This document shows, in pieces, positions 49,645 to 59,288 of a DNA stretch of 64,000 nt. A program made the position numbers and the translations under genes. Origin of the DNA: Deltaproteobacteria bacterium (GTDB taxonomy: Bacteria > Myxococcota > JACRCW01); contig JACRCW010000035.1 of the NCBI GenBank assembly GCA_016218805.1, forward strand, positions 1 through 64,000. The letters run 5' to 3'. The notes beneath the pieces are model-generated. The model made no database searches, was not told the origin of the DNA, and saw only the letters and a list, made by a program, of their open reading frames with translations. Position 1 is the stretch's first letter. Every line of letters begins with the position of its first letter.

Positions 49645-51104
49645 CGCAACCCCTGCGCGGCCTCGCCGCCGGTCCCGCCGAACAGCGGCCGCCTGGAAAG
49701 GAACTTCTCGGCGCGCTGCGCCACCGCGTGGCCCGCCCACAGCTCGCCCTCCACGCCCAGCGCCGGTGCCACATCGCGGCCCGCGCGGAAGAAATGCTTG
49801 ATGCCCCCGTCGGTGCCGCGGCCGCCCAGCGCCATGGGTTCGTCCGGGCCGGCGTACAGCGCGGGTGCCAGGCGCGCGGTGTCCTCCGTGGTGCGCAGCT
49901 CCGCCACCACGTGGCGGCGGGTGAACGGCAGCAGGCGTTCCAGGCGGGTCACCAGGCGTTCCACGGCCGCCTGGAGCTGCATGGGGTCACAGATGACGGA
50001 CGCGCTCACCACGGCCAGCGCGGGCACCGGCTTGCGCGTGTCCGCGGCCAGCGGCGCGCGCAGGCAGCCCAGCAGCGCCACGCCGCCGCCCGGCTGGTCA
50101 TCCTCCGCGGCCAACAGCGCGCGCGCGCCCAGCCCCGGGGGAAGCCCCGCGCGCCGCACCACCCAGCTGACGCCCGCGCGGATGCGCGCGGGACGCGCCA
50201 GCCCGCCCACGGCGTCCAGCCTGGCGGCGTACTTCTCGGGTGAGATGCGGTCGCGCACGTCGCGAGACAGCGTCGCGTCCACCACCACGCGCGCGCTGAG
50301 CGCGTCGTTGCGCCCGGACAGGCGCACTTCGGACACGCGCCCGCCGTCCACCACAAACGCGGCCGCGTGCTCATCATGGATCACGTCCGTGCCGCGCTGC
50401 CGCGCCGCCTCCAGCAGCTGGTTGCGCAACGTGCGGCGGAACCCCAGCGGGCTGACGTGCACGCCCGCCACCAGCGCGCGCAGCAGCCGCTGCTGGAACA
50501 CGGCGGGCGTTTGTGAGGACGCGGACAGGAATGCCAGGCCCCCGTGCAGTGCGTCCGCCAGCCAGCCCTGGCTGGGCGGGAGCGCCAGCGTGGGAACGTG
50601 CTCACCGCGCACGCCGTCACGCCACGCGCCGCGGACGCGCCGGGTGGCAAAGAACCCGTCCACCGCCATCGCGTCATGGTGATCCACCAGGGCCTGCACG
50701 GCGTCCTCGCTGCCATCCCGGTTGGACAGGGACGCCTGCACGGCCTCCGCCGCCTCGCCGCACTCCCGCCGCAGGTCACGCAGGCGCCGTTCAGCGTCCA
50801 GGAACACGTCCAGGCGGTGGGCGGGGTGCAGCACCTGGAAACCGCCGTCCGCCACGGGCAGCACCCGCTTGAGGTCCTGCCGCTGGCCCAGCGCCTCCAG
50901 GGGCGCCATGGCGCGGGACAGGGATTCCAGCGCCGGGCAGAAGTCATCCGGCGGCGGCACCACCACACCGGCGGCTACCATGTCGTCGCATTCGTCGTCG
51001 TCCAGGACCACCACGCGGCGGCCCGCGCGGGCGCACACGGCGGCGGTGACGGCTCCCGCGAGCTCGCCGCCTACCACCAGCACGTCCGTGTGACGGATCG
51101 CCAT
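49641..51104 (-). CDS. FAD-dependent oxidoreductase-like (phytoene desaturase/GDI-like fold), divergent
   Basis: DVLVVGGELAGAVTAA..GRRVVVLD; C-terminal FRAGRDVAPALGVEGE. Confidence 0.65.
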   Translation of the reverse strand: MAIRHTDVLVVGGELAGAVTAAVCARAGRRVVVLDDDECDDMVAAGVVVPPPDDFCPALESLSRAMAPLEALGQRQDLKRVLPVADGGFQVLHPAHRLDVFLDAERRLRDLRRECGEAAEAVQASLSNRDGSEDAVQALVDHHDAMAVDGFFATRRVRGAWRDGVRGEHVPTLALPPSQGWLADALHGGLAFLSASSQTPAVFQQRLLRALVAGVHVSPLGFRRTLRNQLLEAARQRGTDVIHDEHAAAFVVDGGRVSEVRLSGRNDALSARVVVDATLSRDVRDRISPEKYAARLDAVGGLARPARIRAGVSWVVRRAGLPPGLGARALLAAEDDQPGGGVALLGCLRAPLAADTRKPVPALAVVSASVICDPMQLQAAVERLVTRLERLLPFTRRHVVAELRTTEDTARLAPALYAGPDEPMALGGRGTDGGIKHFFRAGRDVAPALGVEGELWAGHAVAQRAEKFLSRRPLFGGTGGEAAQGLR

Positions 51105-51129
51105 CGGGACCGCCTCGCGCCTGACCGGT

Positions 51130-52197
51130 TCAGTTGCCCCCGCCCATGTTCTCCGCCATGGCCGCGCGCTGCTCCAGGCGGTTCTGCCTCGCGTATTCGG
51201 GGTCCATGCGGATGAGATCGCGCCACGTGGCCGCGGCCTGTTTCCCGTCGCCGCCCAGCATGTACGCCATGCCCAGGAAGTGCCACGCCGGGCTGAAGCG
51301 CGGGTTGCGCTTGATGACCTCGCCGTACTTCTTGATGGCCGCCGGGCCCTCGCCCATCTGCACCATGGCGCGCGCCTGCACCACCTGCATCTCGTCGTCG
51401 GTGGGCAGCGCCTGCAGCACCACCTCCGCAGCCTCGCGCGCGTCAAAGTACCGCTGCTCGTCAATGGCATCCAGCGCCTCGGCGCGTTTGCGGTCCAGCG
51501 GCTTGGCGTCCTTGGGAAGCGCCGGCACGCGGGTGCCCTTGCGCGCGGCCGCAGGCGCCGTCCCGCCCGCCGGCGGGGCCTCGGCGCGCTCCTCGGCGGC
51601 GGCGCGCTCCGGGCGCCCCAGGGTGATCTCGCCGCGCTCCGCCTTGCGGACCTGCTCCAGCTCGCTGCGGATCTCCGCCGCGCGCGGATGGGTGGGCGCC
51701 AGCTCCAGGAACTTCTCCCACGCTTCGCGCGCGCGCTTGAGCGCGTCCTTGTCCTGCGGCCGCGCGTTCAGCACGATGGCGCCGACAAAGAACAGCGCGT
51801 CCACGTCGTTGGGCACGCTGGCCAGCGCCGCCTCCTGCATCTTGGCGGCCTCGTCCGGGTTGCCCAGCATGAACAGGCAGACCCCCAGCATCTTGGCGGC
51901 TTCCGCATCGCTGGGGCGCTGGTCCAGGGCCTGGCGGAAGTGCGTGGCAGCCTCGGGGTAGCGCTCGTTGTCGTAATAGAGCTTGCCCAGCGCCACCAGC
52001 AGCCGCGCGTCCTTGGGGGCGGCCTTGAGCTGCGCCTGCATGTCATCCACGCGGCGCATCAGGTCCGCGCTCTCGCCGTCAGACGGCGCACCGCGCTGCA
52101 CCGGGTCTGCCGCCCGGCCCACCGGGGGCGGCCCCTGGCAGGCCACCGCGGCCAGGACGGGAACGGACATCACGACGACACGGAAACCCTGGCGCAT
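51130..52197 (-). CDS. TPR-repeat lipoprotein
   Basis: Lipobox AVAC; multiple TPRs (ALGKLYY, AWHFLGMAY). Confidence 0.8.
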   Translation of the reverse strand: MRQGFRVVVMSVPVLAAVACQGPPPVGRAADPVQRGAPSDGESADLMRRVDDMQAQLKAAPKDARLLVALGKLYYDNERYPEAATHFRQALDQRPSDAEAAKMLGVCLFMLGNPDEAAKMQEAALASVPNDVDALFFVGAIVLNARPQDKDALKRAREAWEKFLELAPTHPRAAEIRSELEQVRKAERGEITLGRPERAAAEERAEAPPAGGTAPAAARKGTRVPALPKDAKPLDRKRAEALDAIDEQRYFDAREAAEVVLQALPTDDEMQVVQARAMVQMGEGPAAIKKYGEVIKRNPRFSPAWHFLGMAYMLGGDGKQAAATWRDLIRMDPEYARQNRLEQRAAMAENMGGGN

Positions 52198-52327
52198 GCT
52201 GAAGACTCCGCGGGGAGCCCATGAGGGCCCGGCCCGGCGGTGCTTGTAGAGAAGAACCACGCCGTAGACAAAGGGCCCTTGCGGTCAGGGCCCCGTCGGG
52301 ACGACAAGAGCTGGCCTGGAGGTCACC

Positions 52328-53083
52328 ATGAACGCTCCCGTCATCCTTCCGCACGACGACACCGGCGCTGGCGATCCGCTCCTGCTGGTGCACGCCTTCC
52401 CGCTGGACGCACGGATGTGGGAGGCGCAGCGCGCCGGCCTGGGCGGCCGCTGGCGCGTGGTCACGCCGGACCTGCGGGGCTTTGGCCGGTCCGCCGGTCT
52501 GCCCGGCACCACGCAACTGGCGGACCACGCGCGGGACGTGCTGGCGCTGCTGGACCACCTGGGGCTGCCGTCTGCCACCGTGGGCGGATGCTCCATGGGC
52601 GGGTACGTGGCGCTGGCGGTGGCCGCGCTGGCGCCGCAGCGCGTGAAGCGGTTGCTGCTGGTGGACACGCGGGCAGGGGCGGACACGCCGGAGGGCCGCG
52701 CCGCGCGCGCGGGCTCACTCAAGCTCGTGGCGGAGCAAGGCGTGGGGGCGCTGCTGGAGGGCATGTTGCCCAAGCTGGTGCGGCCGGGCAGCCCCGCCAC
52801 GGACACGGTGCGCGCGCTGGGCAGCGCGCAGGACGCACGCGGTGTTTCCAACGCCATTGCCATGCTGCGGGACCGTCCTGACCAGACGGGGAATCTGGCC
52901 GCGCTGTCCATGCCCGCGCTGCTGCTGGTGGGCGCGGAGGACACGCTCACGCCGCCCCTGGAGAGCGAGCGCATGGCCGCGCTGCTCCCGCACGCCACCC
53001 TCCGCATCATCCCGGGTTGCGGGCACCTGTCCCCCCTGGAGGCTCCGGACGCGTTCAACCGCGCCGTTTCCGCCTGGGTGTGA
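52328..53083 (+). CDS. Alpha/beta hydrolase
   Basis: HAFP, PDLRGFG, GCSMGG nucleophile elbow, GAED, GHLS; GGAGG RBS. Confidence 0.92.
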   Translation: MNAPVILPHDDTGAGDPLLLVHAFPLDARMWEAQRAGLGGRWRVVTPDLRGFGRSAGLPGTTQLADHARDVLALLDHLGLPSATVGGCSMGGYVALAVAALAPQRVKRLLLVDTRAGADTPEGRAARAGSLKLVAEQGVGALLEGMLPKLVRPGSPATDTVRALGSAQDARGVSNAIAMLRDRPDQTGNLAALSMPALLLVGAEDTLTPPLESERMAALLPHATLRIIPGCGHLSPLEAPDAFNRAVSAWV

Positions 53084-53391
53084 GGCACCGGTGGTCACTG
53101 TGGGCCGCGCCCCACGGCGTGGTCACGCCGTTTCACGTCGCCATGGCGGCGCTGTCAGTGCGCTGCGGCCGTGTGGGTCCCGCTCACCCCGGCCCGGGCC
53201 ACCGTTTCTGCAGCCCGGCACCCCCCGCGTGTGACGGGCGTCATCTCCGTGCACGCCTTGGCAGGCGCGGTGCACTGACGGGCGGAGGTCCCACGCGGGA
53301 CCACACGGAGCGGCACATGGGATCGCAGAACCTCGGATGGAATGACGCGTTCACCATCGGCAGCGGGTACATCCGCTCCGGGGTGACCTCC

Positions 53392-53838
53392 ATGGCCCAC
53401 GACCAAGCGCCCAGCCCGGCCCCGGTGGCCGAGTTGACGCGGTTCGACCCGCGCGAAGACCACCCGGAGGCCGTGCTGGTGGCGCCGCCGTCCGACTCCC
53501 GCAACTGGCTGGCGCTGGCGCTGTGGGACGCGGGGGTGGAGGTCAGCGTGTTCTCCACGCCGGCAGACGCGGAGGGCACCATGTCCGCGGGGCGCGTGGA
53601 CCTCGTCGTGCTGGATGCGTCCCTGGGCCCTGCGTTCGCCGTGCAGGTGGCCGCTTGGCTGCGGTCCACCGGTCGCGGACACGTGCGCATCCTCGTGGTG
53701 GGCGACCAGGACCCGGTGGCGCGCCAGGCCATGCTGGCCGGCGGGGTGACGTGGACCGCGCCGCGCCCTACCGATCACCATGCGTTTGCCCGGCAGCTGT
53801 CCCTGGCACTGGGCTCACGGGTGCGCGCGCCGGCGTGA
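53392..53838 (+). CDS. Single-domain, degenerate response-regulator receiver
   Basis: VDLVVLD Asp retained; acidic pocket, Thr/Ser and Lys replaced. Confidence 0.55.
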   Translation: MAHDQAPSPAPVAELTRFDPREDHPEAVLVAPPSDSRNWLALALWDAGVEVSVFSTPADAEGTMSAGRVDLVVLDASLGPAFAVQVAAWLRSTGRGHVRILVVGDQDPVARQAMLAGGVTWTAPRPTDHHAFARQLSLALGSRVRAPA

Positions 53839-53887
53839 GGACAGACCTTCCATCAGCAGGGTCAGCACGTGGCGCAGTGGCGCCCGC

Positions 53888-54334
53888 TCAACCCACCGCT
53901 TTCTTCAAAAGCGCGACAATCCGCGCCACTTCGGCGGGACCCAGGCGCTTGAGCGCAAAGGACGTGGGCCACATCGCGCCGTCGTCAATGTTGGCCGAGT
54001 CACTGAAGCCCAACGTGGCATAACGGGACTTGAACTTGCTGGCGTCCTGGAAGAAGCAGACCACCTTGTCATCCCGGTTGGCATAGGCGGGCATCCCGTA
54101 CCACGTCTTGGGGGACAGCTCCGGCGCGGTGGCCCGGATGAGCGCGTGCAGGCGCGTGGCCAGGGCACGGTCCGGTTCGGGCATCGCCGCCACCTTGGCC
54201 AGCAGGTCCCCCTCCCCGTCCGCCTTGCCGCGCTTCATCTCCCTGGCGCGGTCCCGCATCGCGGCGCGCTCGTCGGCGGTGAAGCGTTTGGCACCCTTGT
54301 CAATGGACTTCTTCGCTGGCTTCTTCGCGCCCAT
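53888..54334 (-). CDS. DUF1801/YdhG family protein
   Basis: [53 protein letters not shown]. Confidence 0.9.
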   Translation of the reverse strand: MGAKKPAKKSIDKGAKRFTADERAAMRDRAREMKRGKADGEGDLLAKVAAMPEPDRALATRLHALIRATAPELSPKTWYGMPAYANRDDKVVCFFQDASKFKSRYATLGFSDSANIDDGAMWPTSFALKRLGPAEVARIVALLKKAVG

Positions 54335-54430
54335 GTGAACCTCCGCCGTGTGGCCGGTCCGTCGGCGGGCAAGGGATAACCGGCGACAGCGGTCCGTGCA
54401 CAACGACACCGCCCGCGCGAGGAGCCGCAC

Positions 54431-55372
54431 TCACCCGGCGGCCGGCTGGTCCATCATGGCGTCGTCGCCGGACGAGTCATCGGGTTGCTCCATCCACCAC
54501 GTCAGCGCAGCGGCCAACGGCCAGCGCAACCCCAGCATGGCCAGCACGGCCGCGGGTGTTGCCAGCGTGCAGGCCGTCCCGGCGAGCAGCGCCCACCCGG
54601 CCCACTCGGCCTCGGTCATCCCGAGCACGGGCGCCGTAAGCCCCAGCTCCGGCGGCGAGCACACCAGACAGCAACCGACGGATTGCCAGGCGCAGATCCA
54701 CCACATGGCGCCCGATTGGCACACGACCGCGGGCAGACCGGCCAGCGCCTGGACGCCGAGGCGGGCCAGCCACGCCGTGCGCCGCCGTGGCCGGTCCGCG
54801 TGGAACAGCCGGCGCGCCCCGGTATCCGCCGCCGCCGCCACGGCGAGACCGGAGACGGGCCACGCGACAAGGTCCACGATCAGCGGCAACGGCAGCAACG
54901 CGAAGGCGACGCCGGGGAGGCCGTAATAGAGGATGGCGTCCGGCAGGGCCGAGCCGCGCGGAACCATGGGGGCCTGGCTTGCCAGCAGCGCGAGCACGCC
55001 CACGGAGGAACACGCGCCACACAGGCATGCGTGCGCGATGAGCGCGTCCACATGGGCAGCGAGCACGAACGCACCGGCCGCCTGCGCCAGCGGCCACCAC
55101 TCCGGCACCACGGCGTGCCGCGGCACGGTCTCGCGGCGCGCTGGCGGGTCCGGCAGCGACGCGGGAATCAGGATCAGCGGCGGTCTGCCGGCAAAGGCGG
55201 GCAATACCGCACCCGGCGCCGACGCTGCCGGTTCGCTTGCCGGGAGCCGGGGTGTCTCGTCAACGTGAACCGCGCCCACCGGTGGCAGGGCCGGCGGCCC
55301 TGGGGTCTCCGCCGCACCGGGTTGGAGTTGCACGACGAGGACCAAGACCCGCCACGCGCTCTCCATGACCAC
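54431..55372 (-). CDS. Hypothetical Cys-rich membrane protein
   Basis: Pro-rich N-terminus, several hydrophobic helices, CLCGAC and GCCLVC; GGGAG RBS. Confidence 0.5.
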   Translation of the reverse strand: MVMESAWRVLVLVVQLQPGAAETPGPPALPPVGAVHVDETPRLPASEPAASAPGAVLPAFAGRPPLILIPASLPDPPARRETVPRHAVVPEWWPLAQAAGAFVLAAHVDALIAHACLCGACSSVGVLALLASQAPMVPRGSALPDAILYYGLPGVAFALLPLPLIVDLVAWPVSGLAVAAAADTGARRLFHADRPRRRTAWLARLGVQALAGLPAVVCQSGAMWWICAWQSVGCCLVCSPPELGLTAPVLGMTEAEWAGWALLAGTACTLATPAAVLAMLGLRWPLAAALTWWMEQPDDSSGDDAMMDQPAAG

Positions 55373-55516
55373 GCTCCCGTCGCCTCATGCCAGCATTTCC
55401 CATCCAGCCTGCGTAGTCCCTGCCGCGCCGGCCTGCCATGCGCAGAAGCATGGCGACGCCGCGGGGCGCCAGCTAGGTATTTGGCGCGTTTGGTGAGCCG
55501 GGATGGGGACACCACG

Positions 55517-56602
55517 ATGACGACTCCGGCGGGTTTGCCTGCTTTTCGGATGTCCTGGGCGGCCCCGCTGCTGTCCGCGGCGCTCCTTGCGTGCCATGGG
55601 CCGCCTTCCCACATTGACCCCCAGGGGGACGCGTACATTTCCGGCATCATTGAAACGGTAGAGGGGACGCCTTGGGCGGGCGGGACGGTGTCGCTGGACG
55701 TGCCCAGGGGCTCGTCGTGCTGGCCTGATTGTCCGCCCCACGGCCCCATGGTCACCACCACCGACCAGAACGGCGTCTACCGGTTCACGGTCAGCGGCGC
55801 CGCGGTCCAGGACGACGCGGGGTACGCCGTCGGGGTGTCATTGCACGCCAGCACGCCGGCGCGCTCCGGTGCGGGGACCCTCACGCTGGGGACGGGGTTC
55901 TACCCGGTGAACACGACAACTTCGCTCCCCACGGCGCGGTTCTGGGACCCCGTGCTGCGGGTGGAGGAGGACGCCGAGGCAATCACGCTCCGCTTTGACC
56001 AGGCGACACCCCCGCCCGGCGGGTCCGGGCCGGCCTACCGTTTCAGCGCGTCGCGGGGGACGGGAGAGGCGACGTGGAGCCAGGCGGTGTCACCGGGAAC
56101 CCGCCTGGACACGCGGATCTTCGAGGATGTGACGTCGCACGTGGCAGTGTCCGCCCGGTGGGGGAAGGACGGGTTTGCTTTCTCCCTGACGGGCGCGGGG
56201 ACGCAGTACGTGGGTACGCGCGGTGCGCCGCCGTCCCGTGGGGCCGCCTGCAAGTGGAAGTCCGGCCTCACGCGGGAGGCTCCGCAGCCGTGTCCCGTGA
56301 CCGACGGCGCGTTCAGCACCGCGCGTGAGCACGACCCCCATGACGACGTTGATTGGGTCGCGGTCGACCTGGGAGACGTGCGGCCGCTCCACCTGCTCGT
56401 CGCACGGGGCGGCGCGGGTCAATCCGCACAGGCGTCGCTGGACGGGATCCTGTGGCTCCCGGTGCCGGGTGCGTGGTCCGATGACGGCGAGGACGCGAAC
56501 GGCGTGTTCACGCCGTACTGGCCCGTGCCCGCGCGCCACGTGCGGCTGGGAGGCTCCCTGGGCTCCGCCCTGCCGGTGCCGCGGGAACTCTCCATCTGGT
56601 AG
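55517..56602 (+). CDS. Hypothetical lipoprotein (beta-sandwich + discoidin/F5-8-like C-terminal domain)
   Basis: Lipobox LLAC; TTTDQNGVYRF; VTDG..WVAVDLG..SLDG..W..ARHVRL. Confidence 0.6.
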   Translation: MTTPAGLPAFRMSWAAPLLSAALLACHGPPSHIDPQGDAYISGIIETVEGTPWAGGTVSLDVPRGSSCWPDCPPHGPMVTTTDQNGVYRFTVSGAAVQDDAGYAVGVSLHASTPARSGAGTLTLGTGFYPVNTTTSLPTARFWDPVLRVEEDAEAITLRFDQATPPPGGSGPAYRFSASRGTGEATWSQAVSPGTRLDTRIFEDVTSHVAVSARWGKDGFAFSLTGAGTQYVGTRGAPPSRGAACKWKSGLTREAPQPCPVTDGAFSTAREHDPHDDVDWVAVDLGDVRPLHLLVARGGAGQSAQASLDGILWLPVPGAWSDDGEDANGVFTPYWPVPARHVRLGGSLGSALPVPRELSIW

Positions 56603-56762
56603 TGGGCTGGACTCCGTCGGCAACTTGGTGCGCGGTGGCTTCTGATCCTGTGCCACTGGATTGGTCTGTCGACGGGAAACGTCTGGTAGCCGCCTTGTGC
56701 CCACTGCGGCGGGTGCTGGCGAGTTGCTCAGCTTGTTCCACACCGCAACGAACCACCCGCCC

Positions 56763-57392
56763 TTACAACGTCACCAGGCCCAGCTTCAGCGCGCGCGCCA
56801 CCGCTTCGCTGCGCCGCGCCACGCCCAGCTTCCCCAGCACGCTGACGACGTGAAACTTCGCCGTGTGTTCGCTGATGGCCAGGCGCGCGCCGATGGCGCG
56901 GTTGGACATTCCCTCCACCAGCAGTTCCAGCACTTCGCGTTCACGCGCGGTCAGCTCCTCCGCAGCTTCCCCGTCCGGCGCCGTGCGCCGCGGAACCAGC
57001 GCCGCCAGCACGTCCGGTTCCAACACCGCCAACCCCGACGTCACCGCGCGCAGCGCCGCCAGCACCGCCACCGTGTCCGCATCCCGGTACACCACCCCGC
57101 GCGCACCGCCCTGCCCCACGCCGCGCCCCACAATGTCGTCCTCCACCAGCGCCACCACCGGCGGGCTCTCGCCCACGGAGGTCAGTTCCGCGCCGTCACC
57201 CCCCGCGCCCACGTCCCACAGCACCACGTCCGGGGCACAACGCGCCACCGCCCCCGGAAGGGACGCCGGCCCGGCCGCTTCGCCGACGATGGAGACCGCT
57301 TCCTCTCCCAGCCGGGCCACCAGCCCCGCGCGCGCCAGCGGGTCCCGCCCGACGAGCAAGACCCGCAGCGGAGGGACGGCCTGTGCGCGCAT
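56763..57392 (-). CDS. NarL/LuxR-family response regulator (atypical receiver)
   Basis: PDVVLWD; LTAREREVLELLVEGMSNRAIG..ISEHTAKFHV..KLGV. Confidence 0.9.
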   Translation of the reverse strand: MRAQAVPPLRVLLVGRDPLARAGLVARLGEEAVSIVGEAAGPASLPGAVARCAPDVVLWDVGAGGDGAELTSVGESPPVVALVEDDIVGRGVGQGGARGVVYRDADTVAVLAALRAVTSGLAVLEPDVLAALVPRRTAPDGEAAEELTAREREVLELLVEGMSNRAIGARLAISEHTAKFHVVSVLGKLGVARRSEAVARALKLGLVTL

Positions 57393-57457
57393 GATGGGTG
57401 CAATCTATGGAACGCGTGCGCCGGGGCAACCGCGGCGCGCGCTCCCGGCGGCCCTAC

Positions 57458-58102
57458 CTACCTAACACGCGCCACCAGGCGCTCCAGATCCCGCGCGGAC
57501 AGGCTCACGCGGATTGACTCGCCGCGCGGGCCCACCGCTTCCACGCGGGCACCCTCCACGCCTGCCTTGCGCAACGCCGCCTGCGCTGCCCGTGCCGCGC
57601 GGCGCGCTTGCACCCGCGCTTGGCTCGCGCGCGTGATGCGCTCGCCGCGCAGCTCCCGCGTGAGGTCAGACAGTTCTCGCACTGTGACAGACTCCAGGCT
57701 GCGCCCCCTGACCTTCCCGGACTCCAGCAGCGCCGCCAGACCGCCGGGCGCCTTGGACACCTGCGCCAGCCGCGTCAGCGCGTAGGACTTCTCCGGGCCC
57801 AACTTCACCGCCGCCTCACGTGGCACCAGTGTGGCCACCGCAATGAGCTTGTTGGCCTGCGCCTGGCTCATCAGGCGCCGCCGCTCCAGCATCTGTTCAA
57901 ATGACCGGTACCCCAGCGCCGTGTACAGGCGGTTGTTGTTCAACTCCGTTAACGCCGTGCCAATCTCAAAGAACGCGTCCGTGATGAGCCCCATGTTCCG
58001 CTGCACATGCAACAACAGTTCTTCCGCGTGCGCCCGGTCCTGCGCGTGCTCCTGCAGCGCGGCGGCGGGCAGGTGGACCAACTCGTTGCCGGTCTTTGTC
58101 AT
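57458..58102 (-). CDS. DUF3102-like putative DNA-binding protein
   Basis: FFEIGTALTEL..LY.ALGYRSFEQML...MS..QANKLI pattern; basic C-terminus. Confidence 0.6.
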   Translation of the reverse strand: MTKTGNELVHLPAAALQEHAQDRAHAEELLLHVQRNMGLITDAFFEIGTALTELNNNRLYTALGYRSFEQMLERRRLMSQAQANKLIAVATLVPREAAVKLGPEKSYALTRLAQVSKAPGGLAALLESGKVRGRSLESVTVRELSDLTRELRGERITRASQARVQARRAARAAQAALRKAGVEGARVEAVGPRGESIRVSLSARDLERLVARVR

Positions 58103-58115
58103 GGGTGCACGGTGA

Positions 58116-58153
58116 CCAACAGTGGGCTGGGTGTCAAGCAACAGTGACTGTTG
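58116..58153. promoter_or_regulatory. Palindromic operator plus half-site flanking a minus-strand TTGACA
   Basis: CAACAGT-G-ACTGTTG at 58139-58153; CAACAGTG again at 58117-58124; TGTCAA at 58132-58137. Confidence 0.6.
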
Positions 58154-58229
58154 GCTGGCCGCCGCCCGGTTCGGCCGCGTGCGGTGCCGGGTGGCTGCCG
58201 GGGCATTGCCAGCTGCTACCCTGCGGCGG

Positions 58230-59132
58230 ATGAGCAACCTGCGTAACCCTCCCGCCTCACCCGCCGCGGCAATGTCCCAGGCTCCCCGGCCAATCAGGGT
58301 CACGCTCCCGAAGGCGCGGCGCACGGCGCGTGCGGCGCAGATCTACGTCCAAGACGATCACCTCTACGGAGTCCCCGGCCTGCATGACCGCGGGCTCCTC
58401 GTTGGGAAGGGCCGGGTGGAGGTGGAGGGGTGCCAGTACCGGCGGGGGGCGTTGTGGACCGTGAGCCATTCCGCCATGGCGGCGTCCATCGCCCGCTTTG
58501 AGGACCTCTGCCGCGCGCGCGAATTCGCGGCGCTGCTCTGCCGTCTGGGACGCTTTGACCTGCAGTGGAAGACGGTGCACGGCAACAGCGAAACCCTCTG
58601 CCATCACGAGTTGGACAAGCCGTTTGTCGAACGCAGGAGACTGCAGATGGGGCGCGGACCCGTCACGGTTCCGTCCGACCTCTGCGGTGTATTCATACCG
58701 GACCCGGAGGGCGGCCTCCTCGTCGTCCGACGACACCCGACCGGCGAAATGGCCGTTTCCTTGGGGGTGGGCATGGGGGCCGGGGTCCTCGCGGCTGTCG
58801 CGGGTCCGCCCTGGCCGGAGGCGGGTGTCGCCCTGGTCGGGCTTTCGGCGCTGTTGGCGGCAAACTCCGCCATGTTGTTGATGAGGACGCTCAACCAGCC
58901 GCAGTATCGCATTCACCGCGGTGGCGTGTCCGCGTGTTCCCCGCACATGACCGGCCTGTGGCACCTTCCCGCCCGCAGCATTGAGAGCGTGTTTGTCGAG
59001 GGAAACTGTATCCAGCTCATTGGCGACGGGTGGGTGCGTACCCTACCGATCGGCGTCTTTGCCGGGGCTGGCCGGATCATGCCGTTGGTTGCCGCGGCTC
59101 TGTGCGGGCAGCAGTTTGAACCCGGCCCATGA
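58230..59132 (+). CDS. Hypothetical membrane protein (two TM helices)
   Basis: Open frame with a TM hairpin; start uncertain (58230 or 58272); atypical codon usage. Confidence 0.45.
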   Translation: MSNLRNPPASPAAAMSQAPRPIRVTLPKARRTARAAQIYVQDDHLYGVPGLHDRGLLVGKGRVEVEGCQYRRGALWTVSHSAMAASIARFEDLCRAREFAALLCRLGRFDLQWKTVHGNSETLCHHELDKPFVERRRLQMGRGPVTVPSDLCGVFIPDPEGGLLVVRRHPTGEMAVSLGVGMGAGVLAAVAGPPWPEAGVALVGLSALLAANSAMLLMRTLNQPQYRIHRGGVSACSPHMTGLWHLPARSIESVFVEGNCIQLIGDGWVRTLPIGVFAGAGRIMPLVAAALCGQQFEPGP

Positions 59133-59288
59133 CGTCACACGCCACGCCGTGCGCCGCCCAGCGCCCGTGGGATGCGCCGTCTGGCGGCCTGGTCTTGCCC
59201 CGGCGCCCGTCTGCCGTATTTGCACCCCCACCACCCGAGGGTTACGCCACGAACCGTGGCGCGTGGGGACGCGCCGGGAGGACGCACC

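Noticed and set aside
53017..53391. N-terminal extension of the receiver ORF (273-aa version)
   Set aside because: Overlaps the hydrolase gene and reads as non-coding; treated as intergenic
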